Below are positions 50,368 through 61,084 of a DNA stretch of 64,000 nt, in pieces. Position 1 is the first letter of the stretch, and the number at the start of each line of letters is the position of its first letter. Both the position numbers and the translations under genes were made by a program. Origin of the DNA: an uncultured Acidobacteriota bacterium (GTDB taxonomy: Bacteria > Acidobacteriota > Thermoanaerobaculia > Multivoradales > UBA5704); NCBI GenBank assembly GCA_963700145.1, contig OY969474.1, forward strand, positions 5,184,001-5,248,000, written 5' to 3'. The notes below the pieces were generated by a model, which ran no database searches, was not told the origin of the DNA, and saw nothing but the letters and a program-made list of their open reading frames with translations.

Positions 50368-51081
50368 CTAGCGGTTGGCTGCCGGCCATTGTAGCTCGTA
50401 GGCGGTCGGCCGGCCGGCCGGTCCGTGGCGCCGCAGCTCGCCGCCGCTCGCCGCCAGCAGCGTTTCGGCGACCTCCAGCGTGGCGGGGTCCTCGGCCGGC
50501 CTGGCCTGCGGCTCGATCCCGGCCTGCAGCGGTGCGACCGGCTCGCCGGCGATCGTCAGGCAGAGCCGCCCGTCGCCGTTGGCGACGCGCAGCGCCAAGG
50601 TGGAGCCGCCGGCAGTCCCTTCGAGGCCGGCCAGCCCGACGAGGAGGAGCGCCTGCTTGAGCAGGTGCCGGACGCCGAGGACCGTCGCCGGCTCGTCCGG
50701 GCCCTCGAGGTCGACCTGCACCTGGCGCTTCCGCGCCGGCGCCACGAGGAGAGCGGCGAGCTCGCCGGCCAGCTCGCCCAGGTCCATGCTCTCGGGCTCC
50801 GCCGAGCGCTCGGCGGTCTGCGCCAGCCAGATCTCGATGCCGCGGTGGAGGCGCGACAGCTCTTCGCGCAGGACGCGCAGGTAGCGCGCCTGCCGCTCGC
50901 GCGCCTTGGGGTCGGAGGCGAGGCTGCCGGTGATGGTCTCCTTGAGGATCTCCAGGTTGAAGACCATCGAGTTGATCGGCGCCCGCAGGTCGTGGGCCAC
51001 CGCCGGGGTGATGGCGGCGACCGCCCGCATGTGCGCCGCCAGGCGCCGCTCGTCGGCGCGGTCGGGCTGCTCTGACGTCAT
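50368..51081 (-). CDS. Sensorless histidine-kinase-like protein with degenerate ATPase domain
   Basis: H-box AVAHDLRAPIN; no recognisable N, G1 or G2 boxes. Confidence 0.7.
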   Translation of the reverse strand: MTSEQPDRADERRLAAHMRAVAAITPAVAHDLRAPINSMVFNLEILKETITGSLASDPKARERQARYLRVLREELSRLHRGIEIWLAQTAERSAEPESMDLGELAGELAALLVAPARKRQVQVDLEGPDEPATVLGVRHLLKQALLLVGLAGLEGTAGGSTLALRVANGDGRLCLTIAGEPVAPLQAGIEPQARPAEDPATLEVAETLLAASGGELRRHGPAGRPTAYELQWPAANR

Positions 51082-51180
51082 GGCGAGGACCCTCCGACCC
51101 GCGAAATATTTACATCGACCGAGCGGGGCGTGGGGCTCGGTGACGACGCGGCAGATTGCATGGGTGTCGGAACGAGGTAA

Positions 51181-51195
51181 GCAAGCGCGGTGCCG
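51181..51195 (-). promoter_or_regulatory. Sigma-54 -24/-12 motif for the kinase-like/regulator operon
   Basis: CGGCACCGCGCTTGC. Confidence 0.7.
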
Positions 51196-51206
51196 AGCCG
51201 CGGCTC

Positions 51207-51221
51207 CGGCACGACGCGTGC
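51207..51221 (+). promoter_or_regulatory. Sigma-54 -24/-12 motif for topoisomerase IB
   Basis: CGGCACGACGCGTGC, 16 nt before ATG 51238. Confidence 0.6.
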
Positions 51222-51237
51222 ACCCGGCCCCGGCGCC

Positions 51238-52297
<1,060 letters not shown>

Positions 52298-52311
<14 letters not shown>

Positions 52312-52357
52312 GCCGGGCGCTACGAAACCCCGTAGCGCCCGGCCCACGTGCCGGGCG
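52298..52357. repeat. Inverted pair of GTAG-type REPs, family B (REPIN-like)
   Basis: cgcccggcacgtaggccgggcgctacg-aaaccc-cgtagcgcccggcccacgtgccgggcg. Confidence 0.85.
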
Positions 52358-52371
52358 TGGCTCTTCTACCG

Positions 52372-52443
52372 TTACGATCTCGCCGCCGTTCGGGTGGAGC
52401 CCGTCTGCTTCTTCGCGGGGGGCTTGCGCTTCTTGGCGGCCAT
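52372..52443 (-). CDS. Possible 23-aa basic peptide MAAKKRKPPAKKQTGSTRTAARS
   Basis: ATG with AGGGAGGG SD; downstream of the DUF892 gene. Confidence 0.35.
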   Translation of the reverse strand: MAAKKRKPPAKKQTGSTRTAARS

Positions 52444-52523
52444 CTCGAAAGCCCTCCCTTGCCCTGAAATGCGACGGGCGCTCCCGGAGGAGCGCCCGCC
52501 TCGGCCCACCGGACTCCCGCGTC

Positions 52524-53018
52524 TTAGCGGACCAGGGCCTCCACGTTGACGTGGCTCTCGGCCAGCTTGGTCAGCTTCTCGTCGGTCAGCTTCTCCTCGC
52601 TCAGGTTCTGCTTGAGGAGGGTCAGGGCCTCCCGCTCGCCGAGCATCTCGGCCCAGGTGCAGAGGGTGCCGTAGGTCGCGATCTCGTAGTGCTCGACCTT
52701 CTGGGCGGCGGCGATCAGGGCCGCGTCGCGCGTGGCGTCGTCGCCGCGCATCTTGACGGTCTCGTTGCCTTCCTTGATGAGCCCCTTCATCCCCTCGCAG
52801 GTCTTCCCCTTCGCCTTCTCGCTCAGCCGCTCGAAGACCCGCTCGAGCCGCCCGATCTGCCCCTCGGTCTGCTTCAGGTGCTGCGCGAAGCCGTTCTTGA
52901 GGTCGGGCGCTGTGGCCGCTTCCTGCATCTTCGGCAGGGCGCCGAGGACCTGCTTTTCGGCGTCGTAGATGTCCTGGAGCTCGTGGAAGAAGAGTTCTCT
53001 CAGTGATTCGAGCTTCAT
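52524..53018 (-). CDS. Ferritin-like YciE/YciF (DUF892) stress protein
   Basis: LQDIYDAEKQ, CEGMKGLIKEG, AAQKVEHYEIATYG, EEKLTDEKL. Confidence 0.93.
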   Translation of the reverse strand: MKLESLRELFFHELQDIYDAEKQVLGALPKMQEAATAPDLKNGFAQHLKQTEGQIGRLERVFERLSEKAKGKTCEGMKGLIKEGNETVKMRGDDATRDAALIAAAQKVEHYEIATYGTLCTWAEMLGEREALTLLKQNLSEEKLTDEKLTKLAESHVNVEALVR

Positions 53019-53134
53019 GCAGTGCCTCCTTCGCTGAACTGTTGATCAGATTGGCGCGGCGCCCGGGGCCGTGACCCGCTGCATCCTCGTGATGTGCGGC
53101 CACCGGGCGTCGCGCCGGCCGCCCTCAAGAGGTC

Positions 53135-53149
53135 GCAAGAAGCGTGCCG
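53135..53149 (-). promoter_or_regulatory. Sigma-54 -24/-12 promoter for the DUF892 gene
   Basis: CGGCACGCTTCTTGC. Confidence 0.75.
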
Positions 53150-53161
53150 GAGAGGAGGCGG

Positions 53162-54610
53162 CTAGCGCCCCGGTGCCGGGGGCTCGGGGATGGTGATGTC
53201 CACCGCCGTTACCGGGCCGAAATCGGTGAGCGGCCGGTCGCGCCCCTCGGGGGGGCCGACGACCAGGATCGCGAACTCGCCGGGGCGCAGGTGCTTGGCG
53301 GCGGCGGCGCGCACCTGGGCGGTGGTGACCGCCTCGATCCCCTGGCGGTAGCGCGACAGCCAGTCGAGCGGGTAGCCGTAGTACTCGAAGGTGAGCTGCT
53401 GCCCCAGGATCTTGCGCGGCGAGTCGGAGTTGAAGACGAAGGAGCTCAAGATCGCCTGCTTGGCCTTGGCGGCCTCCTCGTCGCTCGGCGGCTTGGCCAC
53501 CATGTTGCGCGCCTCCTCGAGCAGAGCGTCGATCGCCGCGCCGGTGGTCTCGCGCTTGGTGGTCAGGAAGAGGGTCGTCGTCCCCGGGTGGTCCCACTGG
53601 CTGCCGACGCTGCCGGAGACCGCGTAGGCCAGCCCCTTCTGGGTGCGGATCGTCGTGAAGAGGCGCGAGGCGAAGGAGCCGGAGAGCACCTGGTTCATCA
53701 CCTCGACGGCGTAGAAGTCCGGCGCGTCCTTGCGGATCCCCTGGTAGCCGATGGCGACGCTCGACTGCGCCAGGTCCGGCCGCTCGATCAGGTAGACCCC
53801 CGGCGGCACGCGGTCGCGGAAGGCGACGTCCGCCGCGGCGCCGGCCGTGCCGCGCGGCCAGTCGCCGAAGGCCTCGCGCACCAGCGCCAGCGCCTCGGCG
53901 GCGCGGAAGTCGCCGACCAGCCCCAAGACGATGCGCTCGGGGTGGAAGTGCTCGCGGTGCCAGGCGGCCAGGTCGGCCGGCCCGATCGCCGCCACCGAGG
54001 CGTAGGTCGGCTGCTGCACGTACGGCGACTCCGGGCCGTAGACGATCTCCTCGAACTCACGGAAGAGGATGGTCAGCGGGTCGTCGTTCTGCCGCGAGAT
54101 GTCCGCCACCACCTGGTTCTTCGCCACCTCCAGCTTCATCGGGTCGAAGGCCGGCTCGCGCAGCACCTCGGCGAAGAGCTTGAGCATCTCGGGGAAGTCC
54201 TTGGTCAGGCTGGAGAGCGAGGCGCGGCCGGAGGTCTCGCCGATCGAGGTCTCGATCGACGCGGCGCGGCTCTCGAGCAGGTCGTCGAGCTGGTCGCCGG
54301 TGCGCTTCTTGGTGCCGCCGGTGCGCAGCACCTGGCCGGTCAGGTCGGCGAGCCCGGCCTTGGCCGCCGGCTCGAGGCGCGAGCCGGTGCGGATGACGGC
54401 GGAGGCCTCGATCAGCGGCAGCTCGTGGTCCTCGAGCAGGAGGACGACGAGGCCGTTGTCGAGCACCACGCGCTCCGGCACCGGGATGCGCTGCTCGGGC
54501 AGCGGCGGGAACTTGAGCTGATCGACCTTCTCGACCTGCGCCACGGCGGGGGCGAAGGCGGCGGCCAGGAGGCACGAGGCCAGGAGGAGCGTGCGGGTGG
54601 TCGGTCTCAT
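53162..54610 (-). CDS. M16B peptidase, non-catalytic subunit
   Basis: Signal peptide; LDNGLVV, no HxxEH, SRLFTTIRTQKGLAY. Confidence 0.9.
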   Translation of the reverse strand: MRPTTRTLLLASCLLAAAFAPAVAQVEKVDQLKFPPLPEQRIPVPERVVLDNGLVVLLLEDHELPLIEASAVIRTGSRLEPAAKAGLADLTGQVLRTGGTKKRTGDQLDDLLESRAASIETSIGETSGRASLSSLTKDFPEMLKLFAEVLREPAFDPMKLEVAKNQVVADISRQNDDPLTILFREFEEIVYGPESPYVQQPTYASVAAIGPADLAAWHREHFHPERIVLGLVGDFRAAEALALVREAFGDWPRGTAGAAADVAFRDRVPPGVYLIERPDLAQSSVAIGYQGIRKDAPDFYAVEVMNQVLSGSFASRLFTTIRTQKGLAYAVSGSVGSQWDHPGTTTLFLTTKRETTGAAIDALLEEARNMVAKPPSDEEAAKAKQAILSSFVFNSDSPRKILGQQLTFEYYGYPLDWLSRYRQGIEAVTTAQVRAAAAKHLRPGEFAILVVGPPEGRDRPLTDFGPVTAVDITIPEPPAPGR

Positions 54611-56151
54611 CGGCCTTCCTCCGGCGGCGCGGCGGCGGCCGGCTGCGGCGGCGGCGCCACCGTCTCGATGACCGCCACCGTCCGGTTGACGTCCTTGAAC
54701 ACCTCGTTGGCGACGCGGCGGATGTCGGCCTTGGTGACCTTGTCCAGCCGCTCGATCGAGCGGAACAGCTCCCGCCAGTCGCCGTAGAGCCGCTGGTAGC
54801 CGGCGAGCTGGATCGCCAGCCCCTGGTTGCTCGCCAGGCCGCGGAGGAGGTCGGCCTTCGCCCGCGTCTTGAACTTGGCCAGCTCGTCGTCGGTGACGTC
54901 CTCGGTCTTCAAGCGCTCGATCTCCTCGCGCACCGCCGCCTCGACCTGCGCGTTGGTCACCCCGCGCGCCGGCACGGCGTAGACCGCCCAGAGGTTCGGG
55001 TACTTCTCGCCCGGGAAGCCGGAGAAGGAGGCGGCGAAGACCGCCAGCCGCTTGTCGCGCACCAGGGCGCGGTAGAGGCGGGAGGTGCGGCCGTTCGAGA
55101 GCACGTCGTCGATGGCGTCGTAGACCGCCTGGTCGGGGTGGGTGGAGGCCGGCTTGTGGTAGCCCTCGAGATAGAAGGGCTGCGACGGGTCCTCGAGCGC
55201 CACGCGCTTCTCGGCGATCTGCGGCGGCTCGACGGTGCGCAGCACCGGCGCCGGCGGCCCCGGCGGGATGCGGCCGAAGTACTTCTCGAGCAGAGGGATC
55301 AGGGCGTCGGTGTCGAAGTGGCCGACGACCGCGGTGATCATGTTCTGCGGCGCGTAGTAGGTGCGGTAGAAGCGCTCGGCGTCGGTCAGGGTGAACGACT
55401 GCAGGTCGCTCATGTGGCCGATCGTCGGGATGCCGTAGGTGTGGGCGTTGTAGGCGGTGGCGAGGAACTGCTCGACCAGCCGCTGGATCGGCTGGTCCAT
55501 CGCCAGCCGCCGCTCCTCCTGCACCACGTCGCGCTCGGTGTAGAACTCGCGGAAGACCGGGTCCAAGAAGCGCTCGGACTCGAGGTAGGCGAAGAGCTCG
55601 AGCTTGTTGGCCGGCAGCGAGTAGTGGTAGCCGGTCTGGTCGGCGGCGGTGAAGGCGTTCAGGCCGACGCCCCCCTCGCGCTCGATGATGTCGCCGAACT
55701 CGTTCTTGACGACGTAGGCGGCCGCCTCCTCCTGCTCCTTCTTGAAGGCGGCGAGCAGCGCCTCCACCTTCTGCGGGTCGGGCCGGAGCGCCAGGCGCTC
55801 GGCCTGGTAGGCCTGGTAGGCGGTCTCCAGCTCGGCGATCTCCTTCTTCTCGGCCGCGGCGTCGGTCGTGCCGATCCGCTCCGTGCCCTTGAAGGCCATG
55901 TGCTCGAACATGTGGGCCAGCCCGGTGATCCCGGGCACCTCCTGCGCCGAGCCGACGTCCACCAGGGTGAAGAACGAGAAGACCGGCGCCGTCGGGCGCT
56001 CGACCAGGATGAAGGTCCAGCCGTTCTTCAGCTTGTGGACGCGGGTCTTGGCCTCGAAGGAAGCCAGGTCCTGGGCGGCGGCCGGGGCGGCCAGGAGCAG
56101 CGCCAGGAGAGCGGCTGAACCGGGGAGGGGGCGGAGCGCGTGTCGTTTCAT
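54607..56151 (-). CDS. M16B zinc peptidase, catalytic subunit
   Basis: Signal peptide; GLAHMFEHMAFKGT, NAFT, ERDVVQEERR. Confidence 0.93.
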   Translation of the reverse strand: MKRHALRPLPGSAALLALLLAAPAAAQDLASFEAKTRVHKLKNGWTFILVERPTAPVFSFFTLVDVGSAQEVPGITGLAHMFEHMAFKGTERIGTTDAAAEKKEIAELETAYQAYQAERLALRPDPQKVEALLAAFKKEQEEAAAYVVKNEFGDIIEREGGVGLNAFTAADQTGYHYSLPANKLELFAYLESERFLDPVFREFYTERDVVQEERRLAMDQPIQRLVEQFLATAYNAHTYGIPTIGHMSDLQSFTLTDAERFYRTYYAPQNMITAVVGHFDTDALIPLLEKYFGRIPPGPPAPVLRTVEPPQIAEKRVALEDPSQPFYLEGYHKPASTHPDQAVYDAIDDVLSNGRTSRLYRALVRDKRLAVFAASFSGFPGEKYPNLWAVYAVPARGVTNAQVEAAVREEIERLKTEDVTDDELAKFKTRAKADLLRGLASNQGLAIQLAGYQRLYGDWRELFRSIERLDKVTKADIRRVANEVFKDVNRTVAVIETVAPPPQPAAAAPPEEGR

Positions 56152-56235
56152 GCGAGGTCCTCGTCTGGGCGACACCCTTCCTACGGCGGCGCCGGGGCCG
56201 AAGTTTACCGCGGCGTGCCCGCTCGCCGCGCCGCG

Positions 56236-58353
56236 TCAGTCGATGATGAAGTGGACGATCCCGCGCCGAAGAGCCCGCTCCGACTCCCAGTAGAAGGGCG
56301 GGCGGAACTGCCGGAGGTACGGCGAGATCGGATAGTAGTGCAGGGCCTGAGACTGGCGGCCCAGGAACTCCGCCTGCACCGAGACCTGCCGGGTGACGAA
56401 GCTCGGCTGGATGAAGGCGGGGGTCCGCCTGCCCGTGTAGGCGCGCGCCGGCAGGCACAAGACGAGCTGTCCGCGCCGGCGCAACGCCCGGATCATCGCC
56501 TGGAGGGCGTCGGCGTAGAGCCGGGCGAGACCGGGCAGCGTCGCCTCGCTGTTGAAGCCGTAGGGCGGGTCGGTGATGATGACGTCGAAGGCGTCCGCCG
56601 GCAGGTCGCGCACGTCGGCGACGTGGATCCGCCGGCGGGCGCCCTCGACCCGGTCGCCGCCGCGCGCGCCGTTGGTGTTCACCGAGCAGGCGGTCGAGAA
56701 CCTCGCCGCGTGCGTGCAGATGCCGGAGTCCCCGACCTCACCCTGCCGCTGCGCGTTCTCCTGGTCCTGGCGCACCCGCCGGAGCCGTCTCACCTGCCGC
56801 TTCATGGCGGCGAGCTCGCGCGAGAAGGCGGAGGTCCAGCTCTCCGACTTGCGATGGAACGCCGACTCGTTGCGCAGCGCCGCACGCAGCACGAGGTAGA
56901 AGACGAAGCGGCCGCGCTCTCCCAGGCGGGTCAGCGTGGCGATCGCTTCGTCGTCGAAGTCGAGGCCTGACAGCGGCCGCCGGCGGGTGAGCTTGTCGAG
57001 CAGCTGGAGCGCCTGGTTGTAGGCCGCCAGCGCCTTGCGCGTCACGGGCGCCTCGAAGATCCGCGGCTCCGCGAGCGAGCTCTCTCCGAGCTGCTCGACG
57101 TCGCGCAGGAGATTGTCGAGCTGGCGCACCGACATGGAGAAGAACGCCAGGTTGTCGCGAGTCAGCAGCGCGGTCGCCGGATCGCTGTCGGCGGAGTGGA
57201 CCGTGAGCTCGCGGTACTTGAGCGCTTCGATGCAGACGGTCCCCGAGCCGGCGAAGGGCTCGCCGACGTGGATCACCTCGGCGGCCGGCCAGTTCGGCCG
57301 CGTGACGTTGATCATGGCGCCGACGAGCGTGTGCGGGATGGTCACCGGCGCCCGCCACGCGGGCTTGTTCTCGTCGAAGATGTGGAACTGGTTCTCGTTC
57401 TTGTAGAGCTGCTCGTAGCAGATGTAGTAGCGGTTGGCCCCCGGGTGCTCCAGGCTGTCGCTCGTCGACCGGTCGGTCACCAGCCAGAGGGTCTGCGGCT
57501 CGCGCCAGCTCTCCGTCTTGCGCTTGCGGAAGTCCGGCACCGTCACCGGGGTGATGAACTCCGCCAGGCCCTTCTCGACGAGCGCCGGGAGGTCCGCCAG
57601 GCGGTCGCCGCCGATGTAGAACTTGTCGATGTAGATCCGCAGCTTTTCCAGCCCGTCGTGCACGCTCGCGCCGCCGTCGTCGCCGGCGTCGAAGTCCTCG
57701 TGGGCGTAGATGATGAACTTGCGTTTCTTGCCCATCGGCAAAGGGCGGCTGGTGACGTGGCCGTGCAGCGCGGCCAGCAGCTGCGCGGTCGTGGCCTTCG
57801 CGATGTCCGCGAGATAGACCAGGCGCCCGCACGAATGGATGTACCCGGAATAGGCGCAGACCGAGGCGAGGTCGAGCGCCAGATGAGGCGGGATGAAGAC
57901 GGTGCAGGAGCCGAAGAAGGGCTGCACGATGATGACGCGCTCCAGCAGGCCGGCATACAACGAGACGAACTGCTCGACGCCGTCTTCGCGCGGCGTGCTT
58001 CCCTCGAGGAACGAAACCAGCACGTCGCGGAAGGTCTCCTCGAAGTCCTGGATCGCCAGGAACTGGAGGTGTTTGTACCGCGCGCCGGTGCACCGGTCGC
58101 TGACGTGGCAGCGGAACAGGGCGAGCAGCTCGGCGAACTGGATGTTGGTGACCCGCAGGTTCTTTTTGAAGACGAACACGTAGCCGGAGCCGTGGGTCTG
58201 AAACCAGAGGGAAAAGAACGTCTCGAGCGAGAAGTGGTGCTCTTCGAACGACTCCAGGAAGAGCTCGCGCAGGCGTGAGCGGAACGACTCCGGAGAGTCG
58301 ATCGGTTGAGCGGGCGCCGGCCGCGGGAGCGGCGTGTGCTCGAGAAGGCTCAT
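56236..58353 (-). CDS. SAM-dependent amino-methyltransferase-like protein with long unknown N-terminus, 705 aa
   Basis: EPFAGSGT (motif I) and DVIITDPPYG (motif IV). Confidence 0.7.
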   Translation of the reverse strand: MSLLEHTPLPRPAPAQPIDSPESFRSRLRELFLESFEEHHFSLETFFSLWFQTHGSGYVFVFKKNLRVTNIQFAELLALFRCHVSDRCTGARYKHLQFLAIQDFEETFRDVLVSFLEGSTPREDGVEQFVSLYAGLLERVIIVQPFFGSCTVFIPPHLALDLASVCAYSGYIHSCGRLVYLADIAKATTAQLLAALHGHVTSRPLPMGKKRKFIIYAHEDFDAGDDGGASVHDGLEKLRIYIDKFYIGGDRLADLPALVEKGLAEFITPVTVPDFRKRKTESWREPQTLWLVTDRSTSDSLEHPGANRYYICYEQLYKNENQFHIFDENKPAWRAPVTIPHTLVGAMINVTRPNWPAAEVIHVGEPFAGSGTVCIEALKYRELTVHSADSDPATALLTRDNLAFFSMSVRQLDNLLRDVEQLGESSLAEPRIFEAPVTRKALAAYNQALQLLDKLTRRRPLSGLDFDDEAIATLTRLGERGRFVFYLVLRAALRNESAFHRKSESWTSAFSRELAAMKRQVRRLRRVRQDQENAQRQGEVGDSGICTHAARFSTACSVNTNGARGGDRVEGARRRIHVADVRDLPADAFDVIITDPPYGFNSEATLPGLARLYADALQAMIRALRRRGQLVLCLPARAYTGRRTPAFIQPSFVTRQVSVQAEFLGRQSQALHYYPISPYLRQFRPPFYWESERALRRGIVHFIID

Positions 58354-58434
58354 GCTCGGACCCTCCCCGAAAAGTGCCGGTTGGCGTATGGAAGGTGACA
58401 GTTGCGAAACGCGGGCCGGGCTTTTGCCGGTCTG

Positions 58435-60180
58435 TTATCCCGGACGGCGGAGAGCCGCCAGCAGCTCCGGCAGGTGCTTGGTGTTGAGGAGGTCCGCGGC
58501 GGTCAGCCCGGCGCGGCGCGCCTGCTCGACGCCGTAGCGCATGTAGTCGAGCTCGCGGATGCGGTGGGCGTCGGTCGAGACGACGATCTTGCAGCCTAGG
58601 CGCTTGGCGAGGAGAAGGTGGGTGTCCTGGAGGTCGAGGCGGTGGGGGCTGGAGTTGAGCTCGACCGCCACCCCGAGCTCGGCGGCGCGCGCCAGGACCG
58701 CTTCCAGGTCCAGGTCGACGGGGCGGCGGCGGTTGATCATCCGCGCGGTCGGGTGAGCCCAGATCGAGACCGCCGGGTGCTCCAGCGCCCGCAGCACCCG
58801 CGCCGTCTGCTCGGCCGCGGGCAGGTCGAAGCGGCTGTGCAGGGAGACGACGACGAGGTCGAGGCGGGCGAGGTGGTCGTCGGCGAGGTCGAGCGAGCCG
58901 TCGGCCAGGATGTCCACCTCCAGGCTCTTGAGCAGGCGGATCTCCGGGTGCCGCGCCGCGACCGCCCCGATCTCGGCCCACTGCAGCTCCAGCCGCAGCT
59001 CGTCGAGCCCGCGCACCATCGGCAGGGCCTTGCTGTGGTCGGTCAGGGCGACGTATTCGTAGCCCCTGGCGGCGCAGGCCGTGAGCATCGCCTCGATCGT
59101 CTCCGAGCCGTCCGACCAGGTGGAGTGGAGGTGAAGGTCGCCGCGCAGGTCGTCCAGGGTTACCAGCTCCGGCAGGGCGCCGCGCGCCGCGGCCTCGATC
59201 TCACCGCGGTCTTCGCGCAGCTCGGGAGGGATCCAGGGGAGGCCGACCGCGGCGTAGACGTCCGCCTCCTCGGCGCCGGCGAGGCGCTCGACCTCCTGTT
59301 CCCCCTCCAGGCGGTAGACGCCGTACTCCGAGACCCGCTTTTTCTGATGCAGGGCGCGCTGGCGGAGCTTGACGTTGTGCTCCTTCGAGCCGGTGAAGTA
59401 GACGAGCGCCGCGCCCCAGCTCTCCGGCGGCACGACGCGCAGGTCCACCTGCAACCCCGAGCCGAGGGCGACGGTGCCGCGGGTGTCGCCCGCCATCAGC
59501 ACACGCTCGATCTGCGGGTAGGCGAGGAAGCGGGCCATGACGGCAGGTTGGCCCTCGGCGCCGGGCTCGCCGACGGCGAGGAGGTCGATGTCGCCGATCG
59601 TCTCGCAGCGCCGGCGGTAGCTGCCGGCGACCTCGACCCGGGCCTCCAGCGGCCCCAGGCGCAGGTAGGCGAGGAGCGGCTCGACGTGCCGCTCGGCGGT
59701 GGCGAGAAGGAGACGGCCGGTGTACTGGCGCGCCGCGGCGATGCCGTCGAGGATCTTCTGCTGGCTCTTGGCGCCGAAGCCGGAGAGCGGGGCGATCCGC
59801 CCGCCACGCGCCGCCTCCTCGAGCCCCTCGAGGGTCTGGATCCCCAGCTCCCGGAAGAGACGGAGCGCGCGCTTCGGTCCGACGCCGGGAAGGCGCATCA
59901 GGTCGATCAGCGAGCGCGGGATCTCGGCGAGCAGCTCGTCGCGGTAGGCCAGGGTGCCGGTCTGGATCAGCTCGCCGATGTGCGCCGCCATCTGCTTGCC
60001 GATGCCGGGCAGCGCGGTGAGCGGCCGCGCTTCGGCGACCAGCCGCTCCAGCGGCTCCGTCTGCACCTCGACCGTGCGCGCGGCGTTGCGGTAGGCGCGG
60101 ATGCGGAAAGAGTCCCCTTGCTGGATCTCCAGCACGTCCGCCACCTCCTGGAGCACGCGCGCGATCTCGGCGTTGGTCAC
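58435..60180 (-). CDS. polX: DNA polymerase X / PHP domain protein
   Basis: FRIRAYRNA, AGSYRR, GDIDLL, YFTGSKEHN, GDLHLHSTWSDG, TDHS, AHPT, STDAH. Confidence 0.95.
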   Translation of the reverse strand: MTNAEIARVLQEVADVLEIQQGDSFRIRAYRNAARTVEVQTEPLERLVAEARPLTALPGIGKQMAAHIGELIQTGTLAYRDELLAEIPRSLIDLMRLPGVGPKRALRLFRELGIQTLEGLEEAARGGRIAPLSGFGAKSQQKILDGIAAARQYTGRLLLATAERHVEPLLAYLRLGPLEARVEVAGSYRRRCETIGDIDLLAVGEPGAEGQPAVMARFLAYPQIERVLMAGDTRGTVALGSGLQVDLRVVPPESWGAALVYFTGSKEHNVKLRQRALHQKKRVSEYGVYRLEGEQEVERLAGAEEADVYAAVGLPWIPPELREDRGEIEAAARGALPELVTLDDLRGDLHLHSTWSDGSETIEAMLTACAARGYEYVALTDHSKALPMVRGLDELRLELQWAEIGAVAARHPEIRLLKSLEVDILADGSLDLADDHLARLDLVVVSLHSRFDLPAAEQTARVLRALEHPAVSIWAHPTARMINRRRPVDLDLEAVLARAAELGVAVELNSSPHRLDLQDTHLLLAKRLGCKIVVSTDAHRIRELDYMRYGVEQARRAGLTAADLLNTKHLPELLAALRRPG

Positions 60181-60271
60181 TGCGGGGATGTTACGAAGAT
60201 GAGATCGAGACGGGCTCGCCGCCGGCTGCCCACCCCGCGCGGACCACCCACGCAGCCGCCGGCAAGCCGCC

Positions 60272-60832
60272 TCAGGCGCGGGATTCGTGCAGAGGACGTG
60301 CCACGCGGCGGCGCCGCGGGGCGCCGTAAATGGCCCGCGGCTCGTGGACCTCGCCGGCGCCGGAGATACCGATTCGAGTGAGGGCTTCGGCGAGGGTGAG
60401 CACCGGGATCTGCTCGATCCGGCCGAGGCGCCGCCGGAGAACTCGGTCCTCGGAGACGAACGCGTCGGCACCCGCGTGGATGGCGGTCGCGACATGGACC
60501 GAGTCGGGGGTGGCGATGTTGCAGTGGGCGCGGAGGTCGGCGGCGAGGTCGGCGATATCTGGAGTGACTGGCACCACGGAGAGGGTGGGCAGCGAGAAGA
60601 AGAAGTCGCGGTACGACCGGCAGACGTCCTCCTGTCCCAATCGCTTCGGGATCACCAGGACCTCGAGCAGGGCAAGCACCGAAGCGACCAGGTCGCAGAG
60701 TCCCTGCTCGGCAAGCGCCAAGAGCTCGGTCGCCGCCGCTCCGAAGGTCCGTTCTCTTTGAAAATGGTAGGCGAACACCATCGCATCGAGGCCGAGCAGC
60801 CGCAAAGCAGGCTCGCGCGGGCTCGAGCTCAT
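60272..60832 (-). CDS. vapC: VapC-family PIN toxin
   Basis: LGLDAMVFAY, LLEVL, TPDSVHVATA, FVSED. Confidence 0.85.
   Translation of the reverse strand: MSSSPREPALRLLGLDAMVFAYHFQRERTFGAAATELLALAEQGLCDLVASVLALLEVLVIPKRLGQEDVCRSYRDFFFSLPTLSVVPVTPDIADLAADLRAHCNIATPDSVHVATAIHAGADAFVSEDRVLRRRLGRIEQIPVLTLAEALTRIGISGAGEVHEPRAIYGAPRRRRVARPLHESRA
60289..60303 (-). promoter_or_regulatory. Sigma-54-like motif about 110 nt upstream of polX, inside the vapC 3' tail
   Basis: TGGCACGTCCTCTGC. Confidence 0.5.
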
Positions 60833-61077
60833 CGATCGCCCCAAGAATCGCGCTCGCGCCGGATCGCGGCTTCCGCTCCGCCCTCCGCTTCCCAGAGCTC
60901 CTTGCCGAGCCCCTTCGTGCGCTCCACCCAGCTCCCCTGAGCAGCCTTCAGCACCAGCTGGTTGCCTTCTACGACCAGGTCGACGTAGTCCCCTTCCTTG
61001 ACTCCGAGCCGCTGGCGGGCCTCGGCGGGGATGGTGATCTGGTACTTGGACGTGAGCTTCGCGGTCGCGAGCACCAT
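60829..61077 (-). CDS. AbrB/MazE-fold antitoxin
   Basis: KLTSKYQITIPAEARQRLGVKEGD; ATGA overlap with vapC. Confidence 0.9.
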   Translation of the reverse strand: MVLATAKLTSKYQITIPAEARQRLGVKEGDYVDLVVEGNQLVLKAAQGSWVERTKGLGKELWEAEGGAEAAIRRERDSWGDR

Positions 61078-61084
61078 GTCGCAC

